From the NCBI GenBank assembly GCA_976551045.1, contig CDPCPM010000049.1, positions 4,836,001 to 4,900,000 on the forward strand: a stretch of 64,000 nucleotides of DNA, given 5' to 3'. This stretch comes from Glaucostegus cemiculus (taxonomy: Eukaryota). Under the pieces are notes generated by a model. That model was not told the DNA's origin and ran no database searches. It worked only from the letters and a program-made list of their open reading frames with translations. The position numbers were made by a program, and so were the translations under genes. Below are positions 26,621 through 38,078 of this stretch, one piece after another (positions within the stretch are counted from its first letter, which is position 1; the number at the start of each line of letters is the position of its first letter).

Positions 26621-27563
26621 GAAATGAATGAACTCTTGCTACCATTGGACTGCGCTGCAATAAGCCACGTTTATATGGCATTTAAATGCTGGATGGTGAT
26701 CCTGTTCGGGCGACGCACAGGAAACAGAGTTCGAATGACCTGTAAAAGAAACCCCCAAACACAAGTAACTTGCGAAGTTTTATAAAATTCAATACGATTA
26801 AAGCTTCAGCGGTCCCATGATTCTGCAAAACGAAAGAATAGACAGTAAAATCGCGCTGAACAGACGTCATTCATCAAATTCTTTAAAGCGGGTTTTCTGG
26901 ATGAGGTTGAACCATTTCCAGTTTTGCAGACGCTACATGCTTCAGCACTTCGCTCATTGTTTCAAATTCCAGCATGTGAGGCAACGTTTTATTTCTGGTG
27001 CCCCTTCAAGCCATTGTACCAGTTGGGAAGAGTAGTAACACACAGCACAGACCCAGATACCTAAACCAGCTTCACATACAGCAAATGTGATCCATCACAA
27101 CGGTCGATGTGTTTTATTTAAAGCACGTGAAACATATACCGCTTCCCCCAATTTTTCAGTTGCAGCCTGACTCAAAAACCTGTTTGCTATTTTGTCTTTA
27201 CCCCGTTTCACAACTGCCCGTGTGCCGGATTCAGTAAGGAGGATGAGCGTAGCTATAAATCTCCGTTATTAATGAGTAGACATACACTGTCTCCACCCCC
27301 AGAGTCCGTGGAAACTCGCTGAGTTTTCGAAAGAGCTGCAGATTTCTGGGCAATAAGAGAGCTAAGCTTAAGGAAACCCAACGGGAAAACAGGGAGGTGG
27401 AGGGTCTGCCGAGATCTATTGAACGGCGGAGCACACCTGATGGAGTGAATGGTCTGCCTTTCCTATGACTTTGTTAGTGTATTGTGGCGTTTCATATTAG
27501 ATCCGCCGTATGAAGGCCGGATTGTTAGGTCTGAAAAGTCTGCCCAATATTAAAGTACAATAT

Positions 27564-27634
27564 CTATAAATAGCATGAATGTCTGATACAGAATGTATGA
27601 ATGTGTGGGCTTTAACGTACGAGGTTATAAATAG
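27564..27634. promoter_or_regulatory. Two perfect MEF2 sites upstream of LMOD2 (CTATAAATAG 27564-27573, TTATAAATAG 27625-27634)
   Basis: Both match YTA(A/T)4TAR, about 0.7 kb upstream of the ATG of a striated-muscle gene. Confidence 0.55.
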
Positions 27635-27913
27635 GGTGGATTGCAATGTACAACATCCAAAACTAGTGAAACCTGTGAATGCCCTCACGTTGACAGGTTC
27701 CTATTATACATGCGTAGCTTGTGTTTTTTTTTTAATCCACGACTCTCCATTATCCGCCCCCATTTCATCGCACAATCAGTATTCTCTTTTAAAAGAATAT
27801 TATTTTAAAATAACTTTGTTTTGTTCTTTTCACCTTGCAATTCTAAATCTGGCCCCGCAGTTCTGTTTTCAAGCATTTCACTAAAATTTTCCTCAAATCT
27901 GCCTGGAGTTTAA

Positions 27914-27966
27914 CTCAAAAATAGATGGTTCCTGTGGAGATGGATCGCTTTTTTTGCTTTATAAGG
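27914..27966 (+). promoter_or_regulatory. LMOD2 proximal promoter motifs: MEF2-like CAAAAATAG and one-mismatch CArG CTTTATAAGG
   Basis: Motif match only; transcription start unknown. Confidence 0.35.
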
Positions 27967-28343
27967 TCTGGAGCGAGGGCCAGCAGCGGCGGGTGATAGG
28001 AAGCCCTGGAAACTGTATCTGGTCATCGGCTGGTGGGCAATGCGACGGCTCCCAGACTGGCACCGCTGGTCTTCCCAATTTGCAAAGGCGTGACGAGCTT
28101 GAATACGATGCCGAGTCTGTTCTCTTGGCTGAAGTGTTTCGACTGACGTGTGTTGCTCAAAATGGAACATGCTTTCATACATTGTTACGGAGCAGCGAGC
28201 ACATGATGATCTCAGCCCAGGAGGCTGCTTTAAAAGTTACCTGCAGGAAACCAGACATCCATTCAGCCGCGTCGTGGGAATCTGAGCGCAACCGAAGTTG
28301 AACAGTTAGAAATACTTGCTGCTTCACCGCACTGACCTGTAAA

Positions 28344-28619
28344 ATGTCACGGTTCGGTTACAGAAATGAACTGTCGAAGTACGAGGACATAGACGAGGAT
28401 GAAATCCTTGCCTCCCTGACTTCAGACGAGCTGAAGGAGCTGGAGAGGGAGTTGGACGATATCGACCCCAACGAATTTGTTCCCATTGGGCTTAGGCAGA
28501 AAGACCAAACAGACAAAACCCCTCAAGGAACATTCAGCAGAGAGGCATTGATGGCATACTGGGAACAAGAAACACAGAAACTGCTGGAGAAAGAGCGACT
28601 TTGCGCTGAACCAAACCAG
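28344..28619 (+). CDS. LMOD2: Leiomodin-2 exon 1 (tropomyosin-binding site and ABS1-like region)
   Basis: aaaATGT start; MSRFGYRNELSKYEDIDEDEILASL...GLRQKDQTDKTPQGTFSREALMAYWE; donor CAG|gtaagc, phase 0. Confidence 0.96.
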
Positions 28620-29409
28620 GTAAGCTCTAAATCCAAACCTGACATCGGCGCAGAATGACAGCTGCCCTGCATCTATAATCATAGAAGTACAGAAGGTTAG
28701 TCGACCCATCTTGCCTGTACTAGCTCTTTGAAAAAGTCATCCTATTAGTTCTACTCCCCTGATTTACCCCCAGAACCCTACAAATGTTTCCTTTTCAAGT
28801 TTGTATCCGCTTCCTTTTGAAAGTTACTGTTAAACTTTTAAACTACTACTGATAATTGGTCCAATAGCTGGAAAGTTGCTCACCAATGGTCGGCTGGCCC
28901 GCCTGTCTAGTCTCAGTGGAACAAATGACGGCCTCACCAGAGTGATGTTCTGTGGTTGAATCCAGTACTGCTATCTTTTCAAGTGGTAAATTACAGATTA
29001 TTGACAACTTCTTGCAAATATTGTCCGCATCATCCCTCTGGTTCTTAGGTCATAGATTTAAAATAAGTAATAAAAGTTATTGACCCGACCTTCTCACCTG
29101 TCAGTGGAAAAAAGCTCCCCTTCATCATAACTCATGAAGTGAGTTATCTCATCCCATTATCACATGGGGCAGAATCCCAGTTAAATAATCAGAAAAATAG
29201 CATTTTGGAAAATTTACAACTTTTTCCTTAAATGTAAAATAAAGAAATATCCTTTCTAATTTAAATTATGTCTGGCATGTAATAGTTACAGGAAAGCTCT
29301 CTATGCTGCTTATACAGTAGGACTGATATTGTCCATAAATTTCTGCCCACAAAAGCTTCAGTGCATAGCGTACAACACAGTTTCCTATGCTGTGCTTTCT
29401 TAGCACTGC

Positions 29410-29610
29410 TGCTTCTGGGAGATGAAGCGCCATTTCTTTTGGAATTGGGCATTGCTCACAAAGGCCAGCATTTATTGCCCATCCCTAACTGTCCTTGGGA
29501 AGGTGATGGTGAGCCACGGCTTGAACCACAGCAGTACTCTGGTGATATACTCCCACAGTGCTGTTGAGCAGAGAATTCTAGGATTTAGACCCAGCGATGG
29601 TGAAGGACAT
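29410..29610 (-). mobile_element. 3' tail fragment of L2/CR1-like family
   Basis: ggccagcatttattgcccatccctaa, with related copies near 56670, 50850 and (plus strand) 63040. Confidence 0.55.
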
Positions 29611-29879
29611 CAGTACTGCTGCATACATTGCAATCCGTTTAAGGATCTTCTGAAAACTCAATTCATCTTTCAACTCTAGGTTCCCAGTTTTAGCTTGGAA
29701 ACAATTTTACCTTCCTTTTATTTCACTATAAAGTGCTTTGGGTCATTCTGTATATGAAAGAAGCTATGTTTGGTTGTATTGATTGAATTGAAGTAAATTC
29801 TCCTGGTGTAAAAAATGGTATGAAAAAATTGACAGGCTCTTGAGGTCTTGTGCTAATCTCCAAAAAACTGGCAAACAAA

Positions 29880-30053
29880 AGAACTGTAGATGTTGGTAAT
29901 CTGAAATAAAAAGAAAAATGCTGGAAACACTCAGCACACCAGACAGCATCAGTGGAAAGAGAAACAGACAAAGGATGCCAGACCTGAAACTTTAACTGTT
30001 CCTGTTTCCATAAATGCTGTCTGACCTCCAGCACTTTCTGCTTTTATCTCCAG
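29880..30053. mobile_element. Foldback of two Penelope-like ends
   Basis: Left arm aaatgctgga...cagacagcat versus right arm atgctgtctga...tccagcacttt. Confidence 0.6.
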
Positions 30054-32499
30054 TGTTGGTGATGTAAAGGAATCCAGTAAATCATTGCAGGAAGCATGTT
30101 GTATTAACGGACAATGTCAGAGTAACTAATAGAAGAATTAGACAAACTAAAGCTACTGTCCAGGAGATCTTCCTGTGAAAGTCTGGTATGGAAGGGTCTG
30201 GATTTGACTAACTGTTTTAAGGTTATGAATTTGTCACTCACTTTTCCAATGTGCAGTTGCTGAACAATATAAAAGTTTGGGCAATCAGTTTATCAGACTT
30301 CAATTGTCCAACAATGAGGTTTTCATCAAAGCATCAAAAAGAATCTTTGAATAATAAATAGCTCTTACAGCTTTTGACTTCATGTCTTAATCTTAAGAGT
30401 CAGCTGTAGTTGCTGTTATTAATTGCTGTTATATGCACATACTACTTTTTACAGTCTATCTGTGATAGCAATGAATCTAAATGAAAAACTACTGATGTAC
30501 CCAAACGAAAAAGCCATGTTATTAACGACACCTACTTTATTTGTATGTAGAGTGACCAGCCAGATGTGTAATACACACACATGATAACAAAGGCAGAGAA
30601 AGATCAGCTGGTCAAGCTATACCTTTTGCATGCCATGGTTAAACACCATCCCACCCTCCACAAAGAAAACAGTCTGATGTGGAAAACAAAATCTGAGACA
30701 TTCTTTTTTGAACCCAAAGTCACTTAACTAAATTCCAGGAAACTGCATTGACTGGAAAGCACAGTTCCACATCCCAGTCACCATGTATAAGTTATCTTAG
30801 CCACTCTTGGCATCTTGTTAGAACCCTTTTACATGCTTGCAGTCAATGTTCATTAATGAACAAGCTGTAAATTCCATAGTCAGAAGTCAGAAAGCTGCAG
30901 TGAGATTCTCTAAAAACCCTTTTTCATATCCTTTATAGAATCTAAGTCTCCAGTAAGCTTTTCAATAAACAGGCAAGGGGCTTAAAGAGTACAGTGCCCC
31001 CTTTTGAGCATTCTTGGGCATATGGTAAGGGATAAGCAACCCAATGTGTTAAGACCCAGGACTGTAGCCAAGGCTATATCTGTATCCATTTAGATGATAT
31101 CAATTTTAATAGCAAAGCTGCAATATATTAATTGGTAACCCAGTAATGAAGACTGATGCAAATCAGCTATTTAATCTATTCTGGGCATCCACGCAGAATC
31201 CTTCAAGGACCCTGCACAGAACAAGTTATTCTTCTAACTATAAATAAAGTTGAAAAAAAACCCTTATTATTAGTATCATAGCTAAATGCAATCATCTTCT
31301 CCAGAGACTTCTGGCTGCTCTGATAACAGCTTTCATTGCCTTTGGACGTGTTTGATTTTTGTCCCAGTTCTTACAAGCTGCTCTATTTAAGTCGATAACT
31401 TGTCCTTGAAAAGAATGTTTCCATCACTTTGACTTTATTTTACCATATAACTTTCTTTAGCTATAATGACATAGATTGTTTCTTTCCCAAGATTTTTCAT
31501 GTTACTGAATTTTCAGCCCGGTGGGTCTAAATCAACCAGGCCACCAGTAGAATAAATGTGACACATACAGTCTTTTACCATCTTCACAAATCTACCTGAT
31601 TTCAAATCAGTGGTGGCACGAAATGTTTGCTTTGTCTAATTATAACAAAAAATTCCAACCAAGGATGGCATTTTATTCTGGTAACTTGTCTAGTTTTTGT
31701 ATCTAAGAACATTTTTGGCCCGAGTCACTTAAAGGTGCATTCACATTAAAACAACGACACCGGCCCAAAACAGCTTCATTTCGCTGCACTTGTAAATGGT
31801 TCCCTAATCCAACTTGATCCTGGACTGAAGTGGAGTGACACTCAATCTGCCTTCATTCCCAATTGATTTGAGCACTGTTACATGGCTTACACTTCACACA
31901 AAAATTGCTGAATGTGTGCTATAAAACAATTTCATGCACTGTATATTTTCAATTCCTTATCAACACTAGAATTGCAATTTATTTAGAGTATGCACTAAAA
32001 TTTATGCTTAACCTTCCTCCAAATTGTATCCCTCCCAGTTGGTTCAAAGAATACACCATAATAGTATAACACCCATTAAGCTAATGAATGAATAGAAAAT
32101 TGATTTGAAATGGAGGATGATTGAGACCGAAATTCCATCAAGATATAGAACATGAAAGCAGGAGAGTTGGCAGCAAATTTAATAAAAATAGTGCATGTCT
32201 GCCTGGAAATTTGTGTATTAATTATAACCTATGCTAAATAATTTAAATTTTTATTTCATGCATCATAGGTATGTCTAGGAGAGATAAATGACTCTTGGAA
32301 TTATCCGTATTTAATAAACCAGGGTCATCAGAGCCCTAAAGCTACCTCAGTGATGACTCTGACTTTTCACTCCTTTTATTGAGGTCTCCCTAGAATCACT
32401 GCTCATAGAGGCACACTGTCTCACCAGTGCCTAGATCCTGTTTCTCCTCGCATCACCCAGTTCAGGGAAGGACATTATCTGCTTCCTAATGCTTTCATA

Positions 32500-33060
32500 A
32501 AACATAAAACATAAGAATGTGAAGCAGGATTAATCCATTGCAACCCCTGGGGCCTTCTCTGCCTTCCATTATCATGGTTGATCCTCTGCCTCAAGTTCAC
32601 TTGGTTGCCGAATTCCTAAGGCTCTGATTCTTTTCATCCAGACATCTGAACGCATTGGATACACAGAATATTTAAGTATTCTCGGCTCATTGGGAAAGAG
32701 AATTCCACTGTTAATGAAATCATTCCTCATTTCAGTTCCAAGTGGCCAGACCTGAGACAATGCCCATCATTCATCTTAGGCTGAAGGAAGCAACCTTGTC
32801 AATCTGTCTCAGAATTTTGTATGTCTCAATCATACATAGTGTGTGACAGCTTCCAAACTCCAGTGAGCATTTTTATCTCTCTTGGTAGGACAATGCTTCA
32901 TTCCAGGAATCAACCCAGTGCATCTGTGCTGCATTAATTCCAATCAGATATAAAATCCAAAACTGCACAAAACTCTCCAAATGAGGTATCACCAAAAATT
33001 TCACAATCTTAGAAAATCTTCCTTACTGTTGAATACAAAGTTATTGCAATAAATGCTTAT
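32500..33060 (-). mobile_element. Old CR1-type LINE 3' fragment in LMOD2 intron 1
   Basis: acataagaa tail repeat; agagaattccac; caacccagtgcatctgtgctgca. Confidence 0.55.
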
Positions 33061-33169
33061 GTGAAATTCATGTGACATTGCAACATTGTTTCTCCAATCT
33101 AGGATTGCTTTATGTACAACCATGAGGTACACCTGTTTAAGAAAGCATGCTAATTGTTAAAGCATGCAA

Positions 33170-33370
33170 ATTGTCCCTCTGTAACCTCTGACAGCCCTCC
33201 AAACTATCCACAACACCCCCAACCTTCGTGTCATCCACAAACTTACTAACCCACCCCTCCACTTCCTCATCCAGGTCGTTTATAAAAATCACAAAGAGCA
33301 AGGGTCTCAGTACAGATCCCTGAGGTACACCACTGGTCAGCAACCTCCACTCCGAATACGACCCTTCAAC
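33170..33370 (-). mobile_element. Internal CR1 RT fragment without 3' tail
   Basis: [66 protein letters not shown]. Confidence 0.88.
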
Positions 33371-33501
33371 AGATGTAAAAGAATAGAAAAAAAGTTGGAA
33401 AGGAATTAAAAATGTATATACCTTTGGGGAACTTGGCAATAATTCAAAATTAAAATCCAGTTGATGCCCTCATAGTGTTTGTTTTTCAATGTTAATTTCA
33501 G

Positions 33502-34875
33502 ACACAAATCAATGAAGCCAGCAAAGGAAATACTGAAGACGAGCATGAAAGTGAAAGTGAAGATGATGTAGACATAGATGAATGTACGTCTGAAACAACA
33601 AGTGAAGAAGATGAAAGTGTAACTGAGGAGGAAGAGGAGGAAGAGGAGGAAGAGGAGCAGGAGGAGAAGGAGGAGGAAGGGAATGAGAAGGTACAAGAAA
33701 TTTTTGACAAGAGATTGATTAGCAGTAATGGTCAGCTTGGATCACAAAGATGTAACGGGCATATTGATAACCAACCAATGATAAATGGCTTCAGCAAAGA
33801 AAAAATCACGGAAGATGATCCAAATCTCAAAGTGGTTGCCAGCCGAAACACAACTGTTGTTGAAGATGCCCTCGACAGTATCAAAAATAATGATTCTGAG
33901 AAAACAGAAATCAACCTGAATAACATTGAGAATATAAGCACTGCAACCTTCAAACTTATTGCAGAAGCTCTGAAACATAACACAGTTGTTAAAAATTTGA
34001 GCTTGGCGAACACCCATGCCGATGACCAAGCAGCTTGTGCATTAGCTGACATGCTGCAGGTTAACAGAACAATCACTAACTTAAATATTGACTCCAACTA
34101 TATTACAGGCAAGGGAATCTTAGCCATCATAAGAGCCATACAGAACAATGGTATATTAACAGAACTTAGATTCCACAATCAAAGACATATATGTGGAGGG
34201 CAGGTTGAAATGGAAATAGCTAACCTTTTGAAAGAAAACACAACTCTCATGAAATTAGGCTACCATTTTGAACTGCCTGGACCACGAATGACAATGACAA
34301 GTATCCTAACCAGGAACCTGGACAAACAGAGGCAGAAACGCCTCCAAGAGCAAAAGCAGCAACAGGAAATGGACAAACTTCTTGGTTTTGAGGGACCAAC
34401 AAACCCACGGACATCTGCTTTACAGAAGGATTCACCTCGATGCTCCCCCCGTCCTTCTCCAAAGAGCTCACCCTGGTCATCTCCCAAAGTAGTCAAGAAA
34501 TTTCACTGCCAAAAACCTGCCGTTCCTCCGCCACCACCCCCACCACCCCTCCCAGAGAAGCTTGTACTCCCTGCTCCACCACCTCCCCCTCCACTACCAG
34601 TGCAGCCAACCCCAAGCAGGAATATCGCTGAAGCCATTAAACTTCAAGAGCTGAAATTAAAGAATATCTGTCAAAATGGTAAAGTCAAGAAAAGCAAAGG
34701 CATCAAGAAGAAGCAACACAAAGAAAATAATATGTTGAAAGAGCTCAAAAACTCTCTAAAACCAATTTCAGACCAAAGATCAGAAGATGGGTCAAGGCCA
34801 GCAACCCCTCATACAACGTTACATGACGAACTTATGTCAGCGATCCGGGGAAGCAGCGTAAAACAACTCAGACGA
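33502..34875 (+). CDS. LMOD2: Leiomodin-2 exon 2 (acidic tract, LRR/ABS2, polyproline, basic patch, WH2 helix)
   Basis: aatttcag|ACA...CGA|gtaagt; 458 open codons; ELRFHNQRHICGGQVEMEIANLLKENTTLMKLGYHFELPGPRMTMTSILTRNLDKQRQKR; SPKSSPWSSPK. Confidence 0.97.
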
Positions 34876-35124
34876 GTAAGTCAGAATGAAGAGAAAAATG
34901 GGATGTGGTAGAAACATAAAAATGTAAGAGACAATGATTTTTACATTTTGATATAACTAAATTCTTGGGTGTGTATCATTAGAGGTACTGTACTATTAGC
35001 AGGAATCAGAAAGTAATTGTTACATTACCAAAGAATTTGGAATGCAATCTGATTCTTGCAACATTACATTCAAGAACTTAGAAGTTTTTATATCTGTAAT
35101 ACTTAAAATGAGTTAATCCCTTAC

Positions 35125-35455
35125 AATGAGCTGCCAGTGGAATTGCTAGAGGCAGATACAATTACAACTTTTAAAAGGCATTTGGACAGGGAAATGTCTT
35201 TTCTTATTCTCTTTTCTCTTTCTCGATGTACTTCTGTATGGCCTGGTCTGTCTGGGTGGCACGCAAACAAAAGCTTCTCACGACATCTCCGTACATGTGA
35301 CAATAATAAACCAATACCAATATTTGGATCAGAAAGGAGTAGAGGGACACAAGTCTAAAGCAGGCAAATGGAGTTAGCATAGGTAATTATCATGGTTGTC
35401 ATGACGAGTTTGGCTGAAGGGCCTATTTCTGTGCTGTGCAACTCCATGAGTCCAA
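35125..35455 (+). mobile_element. CR1 3' end interrupted by a Rex/Babar-like 3' tail (about 35197-35322)
   Basis: CR1 text ...ggcatttggacagg resumes after catgtgacaataataaaccaataccaata. Confidence 0.7.
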
Positions 35456-36161
35456 CATATGCATATTAATTTTTTAAAATTAACTGTAACATGCCATAAA
35501 TATCTGAATTGGAATATATGACTTGTCTAAACACCACCTTCTGTGCATTTTCCCTGCATTCATTTATTTAGTCAAATTCTTGCCAAATTCCACGGTCAAA
35601 TTGCTATTTTTACATGGAAAAATAAACATTTATGTCTGCTGATCAGAACAAAGCTTGTGTATATGTGACATGGTTAGCAGGTTTCCACTACAAAGAGAAA
35701 TAATAAATTGCTAAACTAGCATGTAAATATACTGTATTAAGGTCTGTCCTCAATAACTGTAACATTTAGAAAGAAATGCAATTGAAACCTCTCTTTAAGG
35801 AAATAAGCTGTACTCCTGCAATTCAGCAACAGGTGTGTGATTAACTAAAAATTTATATGGGGATTCAAATCACGCTTTGCCAAATTAGGAATAAAATTCT
35901 CAAGAGCTTGTGATATATACCTTGGGTGGCTTTTATGTCAACAATGTGTGTGTTTAGTCCTAGCCTCAGAAAAATATTACATTCTACAGCAGGGTGAACT
36001 TTTAGTTTTTCATATCAGCAATCCCTATGGCTACTTACTTCAAAGCTCCCAGATTATTCAGAGTGATATCAAAAGCTAAATTTGTGTTAACCACGTCATA
36101 ATAACAAATGCCTGTTATCTAATTTATTCATACTATTTTACTAATTGTGCATCTTTCTTAG

Positions 36162-36188
36162 GTTGAAGTTCCAGAATATCTTCGATGA
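36162..36188 (+). CDS. LMOD2: Leiomodin-2 exon 3: VEVPEYLR-stop
   Basis: ctaat branch-like site, atctttcttag|GTTGAA...TGA; human LMOD2 ends VEVPEALR; total 558 aa. Confidence 0.94.
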   Translation, partial: VEVPEYLR

Positions 36189-36720
36189 ATGAACAAGTTG
36201 CCTTTTCAGTGAGAAGGAATGATACAAATCTATTCAAGAACAGCTCCTGAAAATGTGGGAACAGCTGCAGTTATTGAAGAGACACCAGTGCTGATGTCCT
36301 CAGAAGTTCAGTGGAGCATTATGTACATTTTCAGGCTCACAACTCAACAGTGCTGAGTATTCTAATGTGTGAAGTGGCCCTTGAGGTTTTTGTTTAGCTG
36401 TAGTCAAAGGATGTGTTGCGTCTTAATGAGAAAATGATTATCAGAAAGTAAATCTATTTATATGTATATATGTAAACAGATGGATTTTCTATTTAAGTAG
36501 AATGATTTGCATATATTGTAATGTGTTGAATGAAAACAAATATTTTTGGAAATGATTTAGAGGCAAACAGTGTGAACTACACCAGTGACGTTAAACTATT
36601 CAAATTTTCAATACTGTTACATTAGTAGTTTCTTTTCCAGTGTCTGTGAAATGGCCTTGATAAACATGAAATACTTGATTTAAAATCCATTTTCATGCCT
36701 TTCATAAACGTGTAGCCAGA

Positions 36721-36726
36721 AATAAA
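36721..36726 (+). terminator. LMOD2: Probable LMOD2 poly(A) signal AATAAA
   Basis: Canonical hexamer about 530 nt after the stop, with a GU-rich stretch downstream (about 36765-36780). Confidence 0.55.
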
Positions 36727-37615
36727 GATGTCTTGGAATAATATCTTGAAAGTGCTGCAGCTTTCAGTGTTGTAGTCTTCTCAAGCATCATGTGCCTCCT
36801 CTGACTGGTTGCTATACATCTGTCCAGTGAGTGATGGCAGTCTGTTGGACCATGTGGGGAGTTCATAGCCAAGAGGATACTGTCCTAATGTGGCTAAAAG
36901 ACATTTCATGTGTGGCAAAGAAGAACTGTCACAGGACCTATTCATTTGTCCAGGACACAAGCAACCAAGGTTCATCTGGTTGAGAGTAATCAGTGACAAT
37001 ATAAGGGTTAAACATAAGTTTTATCTATCAGCATTCCCTTGTACAATGAGCTTCTAATCCCCGTCAGACCATCTGGTGGGATTCAGACCCTGACATTTGA
37101 AAGATTGCTCAATAAATCTCTGAAAAACCAGTAGTTGGGGGCGGGGGGAAGTGCAAGAGGACATACAAAAAAATGAAAGAGGGAATTAGGGAGCTGGTGA
37201 GAGCGGGAGTGAACCTGAGGGGAAACAATGCAAGAGGAAACAGGAAAAAGCAGGACAAGTGAGGGCAGAGAAGCAGTGAGAACAGCAAGTGAGTACAAAC
37301 TGACAATGGAGCAGTGAGAAAAAAATCCAAATGCTGTTCCTGCTGTGAAGAAGCAGATTGGTGAGAAAGTCTTCAGAATTTACAGGCCAGTGTCACAGAG
37401 TGTTGGAGAACACTGTGCGCCAGGGGAGCTGCTCAAGCATTTAAACAGAAGCACAATAGAGCAGCAAGAGCACAAGGCTAATGAAGTGAGTTTCCTTTCA
37501 TTAGTTTGCAGGATTTGGGGCTCATTGGCAAGACATTGGCAAAGGTACTCCCATAGTGCTATTGAGTAGTATTTCCAGGATGCATCACCCAGTGACAATG
37601 AAGGAATAGTGATAC

Positions 37616-38078
37616 ATTCAGAATCAGGTGTATTATCACTGACATACATGACCTGAAATTTGTTGTTTTGCGGCAGCAGGACATAAAATTACAGTAAATT
37701 ACAAAAAATAAATAAATAGTGCAAACAAACGAGGTAGTGCTCATGGGTTCATAGACCGTTCAGAAATCTGATGGCGGAGGGGAAGAAGCTATTCCTGAAT
37801 CATTGTGTGTGAGTCTTCAGGCTCCTGTACCTCCTTCCTAATGGTAGTAACAAGAAGAGGGCATGCGTCAGATGGTGAGGGTCCTTAATGATGGATGCCG
37901 CCTTCTTGAAGCACAGCCTCTTGAAGATATCCTTGATATTGAGGAAGGTTGTGCCTGTGATGGAGCTGGCTGAGTCTACAACCCTTTGCAGTCTCTTACA
38001 ATCCTGTGCATTGGAGCCTCCATACCAGGCTGTGATGCAACCAGTCAGAATGCTCTCCACTCTACATCTGTAGAAATG
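37616..38078 (-). mobile_element. Rex1/Babar-like LINE 3' fragment nested in an older L2/CR1-like relic (about 37500-38870)
   Basis: ESILTGCITAWYGGSNAQDCKRLQRVVDSA...HALFLLLPLGRRYRSLKT. Confidence 0.8.

Noticed and set aside
27954-28301. 115-aa ORF or uORF upstream of LMOD2
   Set aside because: Non-ATG start, no recognisable homology and unknown transcription start; CpG/GC-rich DNA yields such ORFs by chance.
33406-33710. Leu-rich and Ser-rich minus-strand ORFs resembling signal peptides
   Set aside because: Antisense of the LMOD2 poly-Glu (GAG/GAA) tract.
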